Below are positions 42,807 to 56,228 of a stretch of 64,000 nt of DNA, piece after piece. Positions within the stretch are counted from its first letter, which is position 1; the number at the start of each line of letters is the position of its first letter. A program made the position numbers and the translations under genes. The notes under the pieces were generated by a model that had not been told where the DNA came from, made no database searches, and saw nothing but the letters and a program-made list of their open reading frames with translations. The DNA comes from Lingula anatina (Eukaryota; Animalia; Brachiopoda). The stretch lies in assembly GCA_051362555.1 (NCBI GenBank), contig CM120643.1, positions 23,874,848-23,938,847 of the forward strand, read 5' to 3'.

Positions 42807-45800
42807 CAATTATTATACTGATAATGAAACAAGTATAAAAAATGATACTGTTCATAATAGTTTATAAATAGGTATTTGTTAGACAGAAAGGCAAAGAGGA
42901 AGATAGTATACTTTCCTCACTTTCAACTTCCTAGTGACCACATCCAGTTACTTTATACTAAGATAATGAAAAATAATTAAATCTAATGCTGGATCTAATG
43001 TTAAAACAGAGATGACAACATTTCAACGTTATCACAAGGTCTTTTTCTGGTGACCTGATGTTGAGTTGTCATCATATGACACAGGTAACAACTCAACATC
43101 AGTTCACTGGTGACACCTATATAGGACTCAGGAAGTTAGCATCCTCTCCTCACCTCCAACTTCCTAGTGACCACTGTGAGAGCCGTGGGATCCAGGTTTG
43201 AGGCCGACAGCACCTCATTCAACTGTGCCTCCTTCTTCTCCAGGGTGTCGGCCAGTGCGCCAAGCTTCTTCTCCAGCAGAAGGTTCTTAAAGTTGCTCTT
43301 CTGCTGGACCTCGTGGATTGCCTTCACAAACTTCCTGTACAACTCATCTCTTTCACCTTGCAGCTGTGAATAAAGAATTTAAAGCAAGTCAATATAACAT
43401 GCATCACCTGATTTGTTGAAATTTAAAGTACTTTCCTTCATTGTTTATCTGAGAATTTTTTCATTAATGTTTTTTTAATCTATTCTTAAAAAAGATATCC
43501 AAACACTTCCTATTTCTATTTTCCTTTAAATTCTATTTTCATTCTCATTTTCAAAGTGTAAATTATCTACTTATGTTTGCATTTTCAGTGATCACAAAGT
43601 AAAGAAAGAGAAGTGTTTTTCTTTCTAAACAAAAAATTCCTTCATCTGATCACAAGTTAAAATGCCAATTTGAATAGCACTACTGCCCAAGGGCTACACT
43701 CCATTCATTTCTTACCTTCCCAAACCTCTGTTCTAGCACTTCATGCTCCCACTGCAATGACTTGTATTCTTCCTCCATAACCTTCAGCCTGGCCTTGGCA
43801 TTCTGAAATAACAGATGTGCATGATGATGATGATACACTGTATCATTATAACAATATGTCTGTATGTTTTATATTAGGAGCATCATTCAAAATTACTGCA
43901 CTAAAATATAGTTAAAAATAGCATTAACTAAGTTGAACTAATTATTCAGTTGTATTGGCAACTGACTCAGCTTGTAATGTCAAGTTTGAAATGCTTTCAT
44001 TTTAGTTGACATGTGTCACTGTGCGACTGAATTTAAATGATTACGTGAACATTCCTCTGCAGACTAGTAAGATAACAAACAGCTATCTCAGGAATGGAAC
44101 TTACGTTTTAGAAAAAAAAAGGGATTGGACTAATTATACAGCTGGTATACGACATGCACTGTCCTTAATCAACAAGCTGAAGATGAAAAGTTTTACCCGT
44201 AGGTCATGGCTGGCAGGGTTCAAAAAATGGGTATTGATTTTTTTTTTTCATCTTCTGAGTCTTTCAGCTGCCAGTCAGAATTTTACCCAAAGACAGTTTT
44301 CAAATGGTTGATGTAAATCTTATAATGTAAGGAATGCATGTGACTAAGGATTGTAGTTGTCTACCAGCCAAAATGGTAAAAACTGCTAGGCCTGACCTGT
44401 GACTGAAGACCAGCTATATACTAGTACTTACTGCCAATGACTGCTTATCCTTGTCATAGTTAGCCAGCTGTTTCCTCAGTTCCTCCACCTCTTCTCGGGC
44501 CTTCTGCAGAGGTTCTGTCAGCCTCTTGTTCTCTGCCATCACCTCTGCCATCTGCTTCTCCATCCTCTCTTCCTTCTTCTTCATCTCCTCTACTTGTTCC
44601 TAAAACATGGCAGCAGGGCATAAATGAGATTTAGACCTGGTGGTGAACCACTATCAATAATAACTGTGCAAAAACGAAAATCATGAACTGAACCTTTTGA
44701 ATTTTTTTTTTTATTTGTTTGTTTGCTATGGCTAGATTTTTTAAAATTGGGATTTGAATCAGACATTCATCTGCAAAATTTACCATCAATCATGTGGTAA
44801 TTTTAGGTAGCGTAATGGCATTTATGCCCGTAATGAAATGTATGGTGCACCTTTAATCACATCACAGAATGACTAGAATCAGTCCTCATCCATGATATGA
44901 AAATGGTAGCATTTACTGGAGCAATTATAGTCTCATTTTTAAACACCTTACTGGTCATGAGAACAAAACTGAAATTATCTTTCAAAGTCTTATCCCAATG
45001 CACCATTATTTGGTTCTACAGAAAATGTCTTTATCCCAAGTAACTGAATGAAAACCAACATTTTTTTTCCAATATCATATCCCATTCATCACTGTAATAA
45101 GCTATAGTCTCCTGAAAAAATAATAAGACAAAATTAATATAGACATGATCCATACCTTGAGTGTGTTAATCAGTGCCAAGTTGTTCAGTGTGATGTCATT
45201 GTAATAATTCTTGATATCGCTGAAAGCTTTTTCATGGTTCTTCATCAGTGTGTTTATCTGTCCATTTTTGCGTTCTTCAATTTCGTGAATTTCTGTTTTC
45301 CTCCTGAGGTCCAGTTCGTCCCTCAAAGTCTTCATTTTCTTTTCGTATTTGGCTTCAATTTCCCTAGCTTGTCTCTCGAAGTCTTGTCTCAGGTTTGTTA
45401 CAGACTCATCATGGTCCTTCAAAGTACAAAGAATACACATGCAAATTTATACAATATTAGATATGTGACAAAAAACTGATATATTAAACTAGCTGCTTAC
45501 AGTTTATCCAAGTCTAATAACTTTAAACACTCAAAAAGGTTGCATGATTCTATAAAGCTTTCATATAGTATTCATATATAGTTTGAGTTTTACAGTGCAC
45601 TCAAAACCTCATCACGTCATCAACGTAACCATGCACATGCCCTTCATGCAATGAAATTTAAGGGTACAAGCCTTACATCTCATGGAAATAAATGAAAAAA
45701 AATTGAAAAAAAAAATTCAAACTGATTCAGATCAACATCATACCTTCTTCAAGTTCTTAATGATATCCTCATGTGACAGCTCCTGTTCTTTCAGCTCCAC

Positions 45801-47847
45801 TTTCAACCCTCTCTTGTCTTTACGGAGGTCCTTCTCACTGGCCCTGTTGTCATCTTGAGCCAGGCGTAGCTGGACAGCACTCTCGGCCTTCAGCTCAGAT
45901 ATGTTGTTCTGATGCTCATACAGCAAGTGTTTGACTTTCTGTTTGTAAACCTGTACAGTAAAGTCAATATATGGAAAATATTGTAGAATCTGTATACTGT
46001 AGAATCCCTAGCATTAACTAATAAGTTGACTATGGAAAGAGCTGATCTTGAATGCAAATTGTGTGCTGATCTTATGTTGGTCTGCCTAAATTGTGCAATA
46101 GTTTTATCAAGGCTATTAATTATCTAGTAATATATTTTGCTCTCATATCACCCTATTTTGTTTGGAATGACAGTTTCCTGTGTTAACTTGTGACTGGACT
46201 TGCTTGTTTAAGTGTATTGCACTGTGTTGCGCTGTATTGCGGCGTATTGCTTCATATGTCTAATCTTAAAACATCTTTAATCTTTATCCAGTTTCATATA
46301 TTGAAAAAAAAAAAAAACTTAATGACAGCACATGTAAAACATTTGATATTGTATTAGTAAAAATAAATCATTTAGTTCAGTTAATGAAATTGTTTCATAT
46401 CAAAATTTAAAAATAAAAATGTTTGGATTCATTCTAAAAAAAAATACATAAGAAAAACTGTATCATAATATTAGCAAAACCAAAATGCTTTAGAAAATTG
46501 TCAATAAACAAATAATTCATAAAGTAGGTAAATCAACATTATATATTCAATGTCTGGCTAAATATCTCTTTGCTAAAATAAGCCATGAACACAAACAGTA
46601 ATTACTGTTCAAAACCAATATTTTATAGAGATTCTGAAACAAAACAAAAAAAATTAAATAATAATAATAATAAAATAATTTACCTTGATTTCCAATTGAT
46701 GTCTTTCCTCAGCATCTTCCATCTCTCTGTCCTTATTCCTGAGTTCAGCCTTCTTCTCCTCCAGCTGTCGTTTGGTAATCTCCCAGAATGTGTTCACCTT
46801 GTCGCGTTCCAGCTGGAAATAGTTGCGTTCTTCACGCTCTCTGTCCAATTCTTCCCTGAGACGCACAATATGCTCCTCCAGCTACAAGGAAATGTACAAA
46901 AAAATTTATTTATTTATTTATTGTTTTAATAGATTATATTGTTTTGTTCTTGCTCTTCGGCTATACTTTATTATATATTATATTGATAAAACATGTCCTA
47001 AATAAATACTCTGAAATATCAAATAAACATACTGGTAAGTTAATTAATTTTTCAAATTTCTTCCCACCGGTACGCTCCATTTCCACCCAGTACTTTTATT
47101 CCATCAGTACGTTTTATGCGATACTTCAGAGTATGCAGTTCACAGCGATTAAGTGTACGACTACATGTATGGGCTCATTTTACCTTACCATGCAATATTT
47201 AGTTGTTATTTACATATGACAACACTGATTTTGCTAAAACTTTTAGCAATTGAAAATACCAAATTATTATTCCTATGGCTTGGGCATCACAAACAATCAC
47301 TCAAACTCTAGCAACTAAGAAGATATTTTATGATAATTAATTAATTAATTAAAGCTTTTGAATTGGAGCAAATATGAGTCCACATCCTTGACCAGGCAAT
47401 GCTAAAATTATGCAAAATTAATATTAAAATACCTGCTCTTTGCTCATCTCCTCTGTAGAGATCCCATCGATAACTGTGGGAGTCTTGGCCTTCGCCGACT
47501 TCTTCTTCTTACCACTCTTCTTCTTTTTGGGCGGCTGAAAATACCCAACAATTTGTTTAATTGAATTCAATCTTCAGGGTATACATTGGAATAATCTGTA
47601 TTTAAATCCATTAACAAAATTCCTGTGAAATTGTTCCTCTGAGGTTTTAAAAATTATTTATCTGAGACTGTAAATGGGGTGGCTATCAGGCATGTTATAC
47701 AAACTTGGCTTCCACAAAGCTAAAAGTAGGCAAATATTCAGCGATTTATGTCAAAACTCCTTCATTTTAAATTAAATCCATAAAACACAATCGTGCAATA
47801 ACTACTTATACACATTCAAAGTCAATCCTCATAGTTGTACTTACCAT
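41940..47847 (-). CDS. GAS8: Dynein regulatory complex subunit 4 / growth arrest-specific protein 8, about 483 aa
   Basis: Exons (minus strand): 47847-47845 (ATG only), 47534-47433, 46881-46684, 45950-45744, 45416-45156, 44599-44432, 43802-43716, 43363-43154, 42506-42441, 42089-41940. All are GT-AG and phase 0. Peptides [36 protein letters not shown] and [11 protein letters not shown] closely match vertebrate GAS8 as I recall it. Confidence 0.97.
42736..42804. repeat. Compound (CA)n + (AAT)n microsatellite in a GAS8 intron
   Basis: Direct reading. Confidence 0.9.
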
Positions 47848-48083
47848 TTTAAATGATTTCTCAACAAATCTTTTACACGACTAAAAATTGCATCCAAACA
47901 CTGTTCAAGATGGCGATGTTTTGTTACCATGGCGCAGTGCCCTCGTTTTCAAAGCGAGGCTAGTAGGGGATTCCCCCATTTACCTAACGAACAACGCCAT
48001 TTGTAGTCGAAACTGGGTTTTCCCGTCGTCATAGATTTTTATACAACTACAATTCAAAGTGAAAGGAGGAAGGGATTCCAAAT
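47848..48083. promoter_or_regulatory. Probable bidirectional promoter of GAS8 (-) and the SPATA2/tamo-like gene (+), with an RFX X-box-like motif and two YY1-like motifs
   Basis: AAGATGGCG at 47907-47915, GTTACCATGGC at 47923-47933 and CGCCATTT near 47995. A strong + strand donor AAT|gtgagt near 48083 suggests a non-coding first exon of the + gene. Confidence 0.55.
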
Positions 48084-49341
48084 GTGAGTATAAACTTCTT
48101 TAAATTTTTCTTAACATTGTGACTCAACAAAATCATTATGTGTAGTATAAATACGAAACAATCCTCAGCTAGAATACCTTACTGCATGTGACTAGAAGTA
48201 CATGTAATTACTCATGGGTTATCTCCATTTTTGCTCCAGCTGTGGAACGTTTTTTCCGTTATTCGTTGTAAATTGGCTCTTTTCCAACAATAACTTCGTT
48301 TGATACTAATTTGTTCTTCAAATGTAAACATATGTGTAACAATTTAAATTTCACAAAGAAATCGACTGTGCCTGCTAAATACACCTTTCTCCGTGGGCTA
48401 GGCGGATCTTTTATCTAGTGACCTATTTAATCAGACATTTTACTCAGCGACCGTTCGTTACCGACGTAATTCATGTTTATAACCTCCTACGATTTCCTAA
48501 AATATAAGCTATGTATATGTATTAGTAACGTTCAATAACGTAAATATCTTTAATTCCTGCTACAATTACATGAACATGTACTGGCAGAAATACTGTTTTA
48601 ATTATCAGGACTATCTTCAGGCAGATACATGTACTGAAATATTTAGCCTCTGACGCCAAGTGATTCATTTCAGGAAATTCCAGTGCATCATTTTGCCAGT
48701 GTAATACCTGTACTAGTTACCTTTTAAGTCTATAAAATATTCAAGCAACATTTATGTCTGTTTACATATTACATACTGTAGTAAGTATATATTTGTAAAT
48801 GAGTAAAAATACATGTACAGGTACATTGTACATGTATACCACTCCAATAGACTCCCCAGTTTCATTTGTCAAAAATTTCAAATAACAGCTGAAAGAAACC
48901 ATTATCCATTATTTTTTCTCTTTCTTTTTGTTTTTAGTCTGTTTTTCTTATCAAAATATTTATTTACACGTACTTTACCGCCCCATTGACATTTACTGTG
49001 CTTATGTAGCAGGTTTATTTATTTTGTCATGTTGGAAATTCCCAACAGAACAAGCTGAATTGTATGGATAGTGGAAGTGGAAGGTCATGTTCAGAGCAAG
49101 GACCATTGGTCTTTGAGGCCCACATGGTGTGTATATCCGGCAATGGGAAATTTTGGTAAAGCTAACTTTAAACATGATACTTACCACGTAAAATTTCAAA
49201 TGACGCAGGCTTTCTCTTTTCTCTTCAGATGGTCATGCGGAGCGTACAATATCAGCAATAGGGCCTTGAGTATGGTGATGTTTTCTGCACAAGTATTTGT
49301 ACCTTGGATTCTCTTTACTGTCAAAATAGAATTTCTCAAGT

Positions 49342-52300
49342 ATGGCTGCCAGAGAGGACCTCCAGAAGTCACTGCAGGAGGAACTGGTGGACAGGTCACA
49401 AGAGGAAAAGCTGCAGAATTATCCACGAATGAAAGAGATGACACGTTATTTCCTCCATAGAGCACAGCATGATTTTAAATTTATCCACCACTGCGTGAAG
49501 CTGTTACTGGAGGCATACATTCACACGCAAGGAGAAGAAGACTGCAAAAGCGGATCACATGCTTTTTTTGCTTTTCATGTGTTTTTCCTAAATTTGTATG
49601 ATTTTCCATACAAAAAGGAACATAAAACAATTAAGGTACTTCATATACTTAAAGTGAAAGGTTTGATACTGGTTTGTGCATGCCAATAGGCAGGGGGGGG
49701 GATGAGTATTTAGGGGGTTGATAATCACTGCAGTTTTGGTCAGAAAATGTCAACTCTGGCTAAGTTGGGTCACCTGAAGGGATGGGCACACATTACATTT
49801 TTCGTAAGACCCACCTCCTTTGAAATTGCTGCCTAGAGGCCTGTTCCTGTATGTGTCACTACTAGTATTTACAATTACAGAAATGAAGAGAAAATTTGAT
49901 AAGGAACGAATGTTGATATTGTATACCCTCTCATTTTTGACCCTCCTCACAAACGTTACACTTAACTGAAAATAGTTATAGACTTAATAGATTACACGTT
50001 ACATCCACCCACAGGGGCAGGTCTAGAAATAATTTCTGACAGTCTTCCAAATTATATTTGTTGATCCATCCCCCATTTTTGACCATCTTCCAACAGAAAA
50101 AATTAGATGGCCCTAGTCTGACTGTCTTCTGGAAGACCATGAAGACGGCCTCAATTATCCCATGACCCCACCCTGTCCCCCAACAATTTACAAACCATAT
50201 TACTGCATGCACCATTACCTAGGAAATAGATAACCAGAAGACAGGGAGTCAGTTTCACAAACTTCCTTAGCAAATGTCCATTACAAAGTAAGATCCCAGC
50301 AGCTAGCAGTCTTTATTAGTGATAGTGACTGCCATGGCTAACTGGATACATTCATTTGCACTCAGTGGACCAGATTTAAGTTTGGAAGATATATTTTGTT
50401 TTAAATGACTTTGCTGTGCACATTAGCAGACAAAAATCTGCTGCAGCTGCCCATTTCACAAAATAGCCTTAGCCTCCAATAATTGGTCAATATTTTTAGA
50501 CCAAACATTTAGTCTACTACAGTTAAATATAAGCTCAGCATAACTTGCTAAAATAAAGTAAGTATTGGTGGTGTCCAACACTAGCCCTGTATTTTTTGTA
50601 ATAAAACAGATGCAATGTATGTTTAATTTTAGTTGGGCTATTATTGATTTATCATAGGTTTAAGTAGGCTGGAAATTTGGTCTAAAATGTAAGCCAATTC
50701 TCAGGCTACTTATTGGGAATCAGGACCCAGGTCTAATTAACATTGTACTAAATACAGTATAGTGGGTTACATATTTGCAAAGGTGTGTGTTTGTGTGTGG
50801 TGGGGGGGGGGGGGGGTAAAAAGTTCCTTTTTTTCTGAAAAAGATCCCTCTTTTGAAATTGCTAGCTACAAGCATGCATATCAGAAATGTGGATAGAAAA
50901 GAAGCAAAAATGCATTGACATTTACAATTTCATCATTTTAATATTCTCTTTTAATTACAATTTCAATTTATTTGAGATAGTGGAATTTCTGTAATGCTGC
51001 TTACTGCCCCATAAACTTGTGTCACTATAAATTCTTTATTTTCTTCCTTTGAAGTGCACGTTTGGATTTTTTCCATTGTGTGTTTATATGGTACAATATC
51101 ATTTGTTGTCCATAAACAAATTAGCTGTAATAATTTACATCTCAGTAATTTTTGATTTCATATCTCAGATACAATATGCAACTGACAAAAAGATTGCATT
51201 TCAATTTTTTATTTGTTTTGCTATCTTCGTTTTGAATATAATTTATGGGACTTAAAATTTTATCCAATATTATAAATGACATTTTAATGAAAGTATTTTT
51301 TTACTTTTCAGAGATACAATGGTTTTTTTCAAGCAAAAATTATGAACGAGCTCAAGGAAGCCGAGAGACTACTTGAACTCCTAGGCTACAAATCAACCAA
51401 CACTTATTGCTGGGTGCTTCAAGGCAAACTGAACAGAAAACTTTTAGCGGAGCTTGCTTGTGACTGTTATATTGCATATGTTGAGTGCTTGATAATTCAG
51501 AATATTTATGAAAACGTACGCGGAATGAATTATTCTGTAATACATGTATGGCAATGTCGGACTGAATTTGAAGGTAGCGAGGAAGAATGTATTGAATGGA
51601 TTAGGTTAAATGTTAACAGACCAAAAAACAAAACGATTGCTCATGTTGCATCTGGGCATTCGAAACCTGCTGTAGCCACTGAGAGTGTTGGTGACAACTT
51701 GATGAATACCAGGTTTGTAGTCGGACTGACGCAGTCACAGTCACAGAAAAAGCATATGGTGGATTCAGCATATATGAGCAAAAGTCATAGGTCATTTCCC
51801 GGCGGTATCAGCACCGTCCCTTTAGATACAGAAATTCCAGACGACGCCATCTATGCCACAGATGGAGGGCGTCATGATAGTGGGAATGAAAGTGAGCACG
51901 ATATGTACTCAGAGGCCACCCAGGATGAATTCATTCAACAAAGCCTACAGCTTTTGAAAGAAGACAGACCATCTAGCACCGGTGCTTTAGCAGAATTTTC
52001 GTCTCCTGCCGAGGGCGGGGAGTGGGACTTTGTGTACAACAAGCTGAGGGACACAGAGGGAGATCAGTACTTTGAAGGAGAGAGAGGGGACATCCTGAAA
52101 AAGATTAATGTTGGGGTTCAACAGCAGCAAAAATCTACCAGACCAGAGCTCAACGATAAAGACAGACTTCATCTTGGGGCGACGAGGTACAGCGAAGCAG
52201 CCAGAAGACCAACAGCTTTACCAAGGTCTAGAGCCCTTGTTACCTGTGGCGAGCAGGCACACCGTTCCTTCGCTAACACATTTAGCAAACCACCAAACAC

Positions 52301-52913
52301 AGTGTCTGTCGACGGACCAGCCAGCCCTACTTCGCCTTCTGGGGTGAAACATTTACCTGGTACAGCAGAGGTTGCTTATCCCCCATCATACTATAAAGAA
52401 CCTGCTTGTAGGGACGGACACCTGGATGCACGGGAAAAGCCAGATGGCATCTCTGTGCAGAACCTTCACCATGATGACATAGGCGGGAAGTTTGGTTTTT
52501 CTGGTTCCTCCCAGCCGCAGTATTTTAAACAAGCTGACACGATATCCGCTACGGATAGAGTCGCACCATTGCGTGTATCCTTGCCTTACCAGGTAGGTCC
52601 ATCCAATCAAGTTTCACCATCAAGAGTCCAAGTCGTGAAACCGCTTGCTCCCCGAGAACCCAAATCGCTTAACAGTCCCTTGGTGAATAAGGGAAACGTG
52701 GACGTGCAGATGTGGAAATGTGAAGCGTGTACCTACGTCAATCTGTCGGATTCTCTTATTTGCGAAATGTGTGACAGAAGCCGGTCGCCTAAGGTGAAAA
52801 CCATGACGATAGGAGGACCAGATTGCCCCCAGTGCACTCTGGTCAACGAACCGGGATCGCTTAGTTGTGCTGCTTGTGGTTACGGACTTGCTGGAGCGCC
52901 GACGTACATTTAG
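49342..52913 (+). CDS. SPATA2/tamozhennic-like protein: N-terminal PUB-like domain, low-complexity middle, two C-terminal RanBP2/NZF zinc fingers (about 631 aa)
   Basis: Exons 49342-49635 (..NLYDFPYKKEHKTIK|gt) and 51312-52913 (ag|RYNGFFQAKI..LLELLGY..ELACDCYIAYVEC) resemble the SPATA2 PUB signature [33 protein letters not shown]. Fingers are WKCEACTYVN..ICEMC and CPQCTLVN..SCAAC. Confidence 0.8.
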
Positions 52914-55786
52914 ATGTCTTCATCACTCAACACTTATTCCTAGCAAGGATACCAGATGGCATATAGAACTACCGGGATGATTAGATTATGATATTTTATT
53001 TGGATCGACGCGTTTAAACATGCTTATCTCCATTTTCTACACTTACTGGTATGTTGACTTTGAGAACTGTTCAAAGTGACGGGTTATATTTCACGACTTT
53101 ATCATAAGCTATTTATCCGGCGTAATCATGGTATACATGTAAAAGCTTTATGTATGGTTTCTTATGGCAACCATTCCAAAATCACCGCCTCCCTCACCGC
53201 CTCACAAATGGATTGTTCGTTTGCTAGTAATAGTGTTTAAAACAATATTATAATTAGAAAATATTCGTGATGAAAGAACATCTTTACAAAATATTACGTA
53301 TAAGGATTATTAATGAACACAGCAATACGTGCTCAACTACGGAACCCATATGCTGTGAAGAATGCCGACCGTCTGTGCTAGACCAAAACAGTCTGGGAAT
53401 GAATAATGGACATCGTTAACGATCCAAGGCAATGAACTGTACATGTATGGTCATTTTCGTATTCGGACCGAAACAAACTCAATAAATTAAGTTAGGTTTC
53501 TAATTTTGTTGTAATAGTTGATGATTTAATGACACAGTTAAATTTGAATAGCGTGTTGTCGCTTTGTCAATTTTATTTGTTAAATGGAGAAAATAGCTTT
53601 TTTAAAAGAAAGGAGGATGAAATTGGGAATAATCACTGTTGTGCATTAATACTAGTAACTTGCTTTCTACAATATACTTTGATTACTTACTTTTATATTA
53701 GTTGCAATCAGAATTAGCAGCTTGGGAAATTTAGTAAATTTCATTAACAGTTACAACGTATATCATATTACGTTTTTACTACCAAAGGCAATATACACCA
53801 CGAGGAAAATAAGATGAATACCCGGTAAATGCTTTTCATTATAACCGTGACACGAACGAAACTACCGCCTTGCCTTTATAATGATGTCACGCGGTAGAAT
53901 GAATGAAAAATAGTGTGTTATAGTTCTCTTACGGCTTTATTTCTTGAAGATTCAGAAAACACTTGTACACAGGCGTTGGCGTAGAGGCGCTGACGTAGGC
54001 TTAACACGTGTCTCAAACGTCTCGTGTCTTTTTAAGTGTTTCGCTCTCCACAGCGGTTTTATAGCTGTATTTATACTGTGGGATACATAAATCTAATAAT
54101 ACAGTCAAAAATGTCATAAATCAGTCATAAATTTAATAATACAGTCAAATCTATCGGTATTAAAGTATGCATATGTGCGGGCCAACAAGTAAACAGCTAT
54201 TTCATCAAATACTGGATATTAAACATTGGCTCTTATTAGAAAAGCTAAGTACATGGCTAAGTGATAACTATATAAACCAGAAACCTGTGTAATAAGTAAT
54301 GAAGGCTTAAAGATAATAAATATATGAGCTGACCAATAAGCTAAGAGACTGATGTGTCACTGGGAGACAGCTAAAGTGAATATATACACTGAAGATAACT
54401 GTTGTTACACTTGGTATGTAATCCTGAATGAGTAATTTATAATAAAGGCTACTTTAAGTAATACGGAACGGAGGAGTCATTAACTAGCAAGCCTTTACAG
54501 GTACTCTTTAGAGTTGACTAAGTACTTTAGCACTAAGAGTGACAAGTAAACTAACAACTACATGTATATTCTTACTTATAACACTGCGCGATAGCGATAC
54601 CCTTTAAAACATTGTACTTGGTTTACATTAACACTTTATCTTAACACTTTATCTAAGTCACGTGATCGATCCTGTAATGTGGGAAAATACTTAACACGGT
54701 AGTCTAAACTGGTTTTAGCCTTGCAACCAAACACCGACAACGGTAGAAAAACATTGCTCCAACTATTTATAAGAAAATTAAAAAGATTCCAATGCCAAAT
54801 GACACTTCATTGTACGTAAAGAACCAACAAATTGCATTCAGTTTAGATTACTTGTTCAAGAGCAAATAACCACATATATTTTGGTGTCCTGCCCCGCCCC
54901 CAAATACTCCTCCATCAGTAAACATAGGACGCAGTCGTGGTACAGTTTGTGGTGACAATATACCGGTATTTGGACTTGGACGCCGTGCTTCTCTGCACGA
55001 GCAAAAATACAGGTACATGTGTATCATCACGGTGTTTCAACTGGGTGCATTGAAAGTGGGTATAGAGGAATCGTGCAAACTAGCTAACATTACTGTAAAG
55101 TTAAAAATATCATAAGCGGGAGTTTTGTGACAAAGCAAATTTTACTCGAAAAAAGGGAAATGTTCGTCCGTTCACAATCATTGCTCGTGCTTAACCTGTC
55201 CCTATTAGTTTTGATATTTTGTACTATTTTATTTTGGTTCGATCTGTTCAGTCGTATAAAGGACCTTCAATGGTCAGAATTGGAAATTAACCCCTTTGTC
55301 TCTTATTCACGTGGGAAAATGCCACTTAAAGTCAAGTTGTGCGCCTTCTAAATACACATCCTTGTTGATATCGATTTAAAGGCACTGCCACACCTTGCGT
55401 ATAGCACTACGTATGAGAAAAATTACCCATACTCGGACAAATACAGGGGTTCGTAAGCGTTATGTCAGTCGTATGCGGGGGCAATACGTTCGCACACATG
55501 TTTTGAGCATGTTCATAAACTATTCCACACGCTGCTTGTATCTTCATTTTAATCCACTCGAATCAAAGTTGTGCGTGTTATCAATATCACAACTGATACT
55601 CAAACTTACGTCTTTACATCAGGTGTGAAAGAGCCTTAAGCAGTTTGGAGTAATATAACATCCGGGACCGGTGACTATAGTGACGTTTGCTATGGAAAAC
55701 TAGGTACTTCCCGTCTACCAAGTAAAGTGGGCGATTGTATTGTTGTGAGAGCTTTCATTTGTGTGACATATTTGAGGCCAAATTGT

Positions 55787-55787
55787 T

Positions 55788-55830
<43 letters not shown>
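55787..55830. repeat. (TTTA)n microsatellite
   Basis: Direct reading; a similar tract lies at about 26910-26955. Confidence 0.85.
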
Positions 55831-55831
<1 letters not shown>

Positions 55832-56197
55832 ACTGTGAATCTACACGTACACTTGCTAGAAATGAAGGAATATTTTGGAAATTAGAGATACAATTATTAT
55901 TTCAAATAAAGCTCCCTGTCATTATGCACTTAATAACATAATATTCCAGTACAATAATACCAATCATACTGTAGACTTTTTAAAATTCATCAGACAGTTT
56001 TTCATAAGACAGCATTAAGTAATGTGATAAATCATTAATAAAAATTCCATGTGTGTCCTGGTGTCAGTTGCTAAGATCTGGACGCGGGTGAAGGGAAAGC
56101 AGATGAAAGGGTTGGGAGAGAGGGTATATTTAAGGCTGAAGTGTTCAACGTGGACGGAAAAGATCGTGATGCGTTAATTTGAGGACGTTAAGGATTA

Positions 56198-56228
<31 letters not shown>

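Noticed and set aside
49071-49465. Overlapping short ORFs (129 aa +, 89 aa -) around the SPATA2-like first coding exon
   Set aside because: Alternative-frame or antisense shadows. Only the 49342 frame gives the PUB motif and splices in phase.
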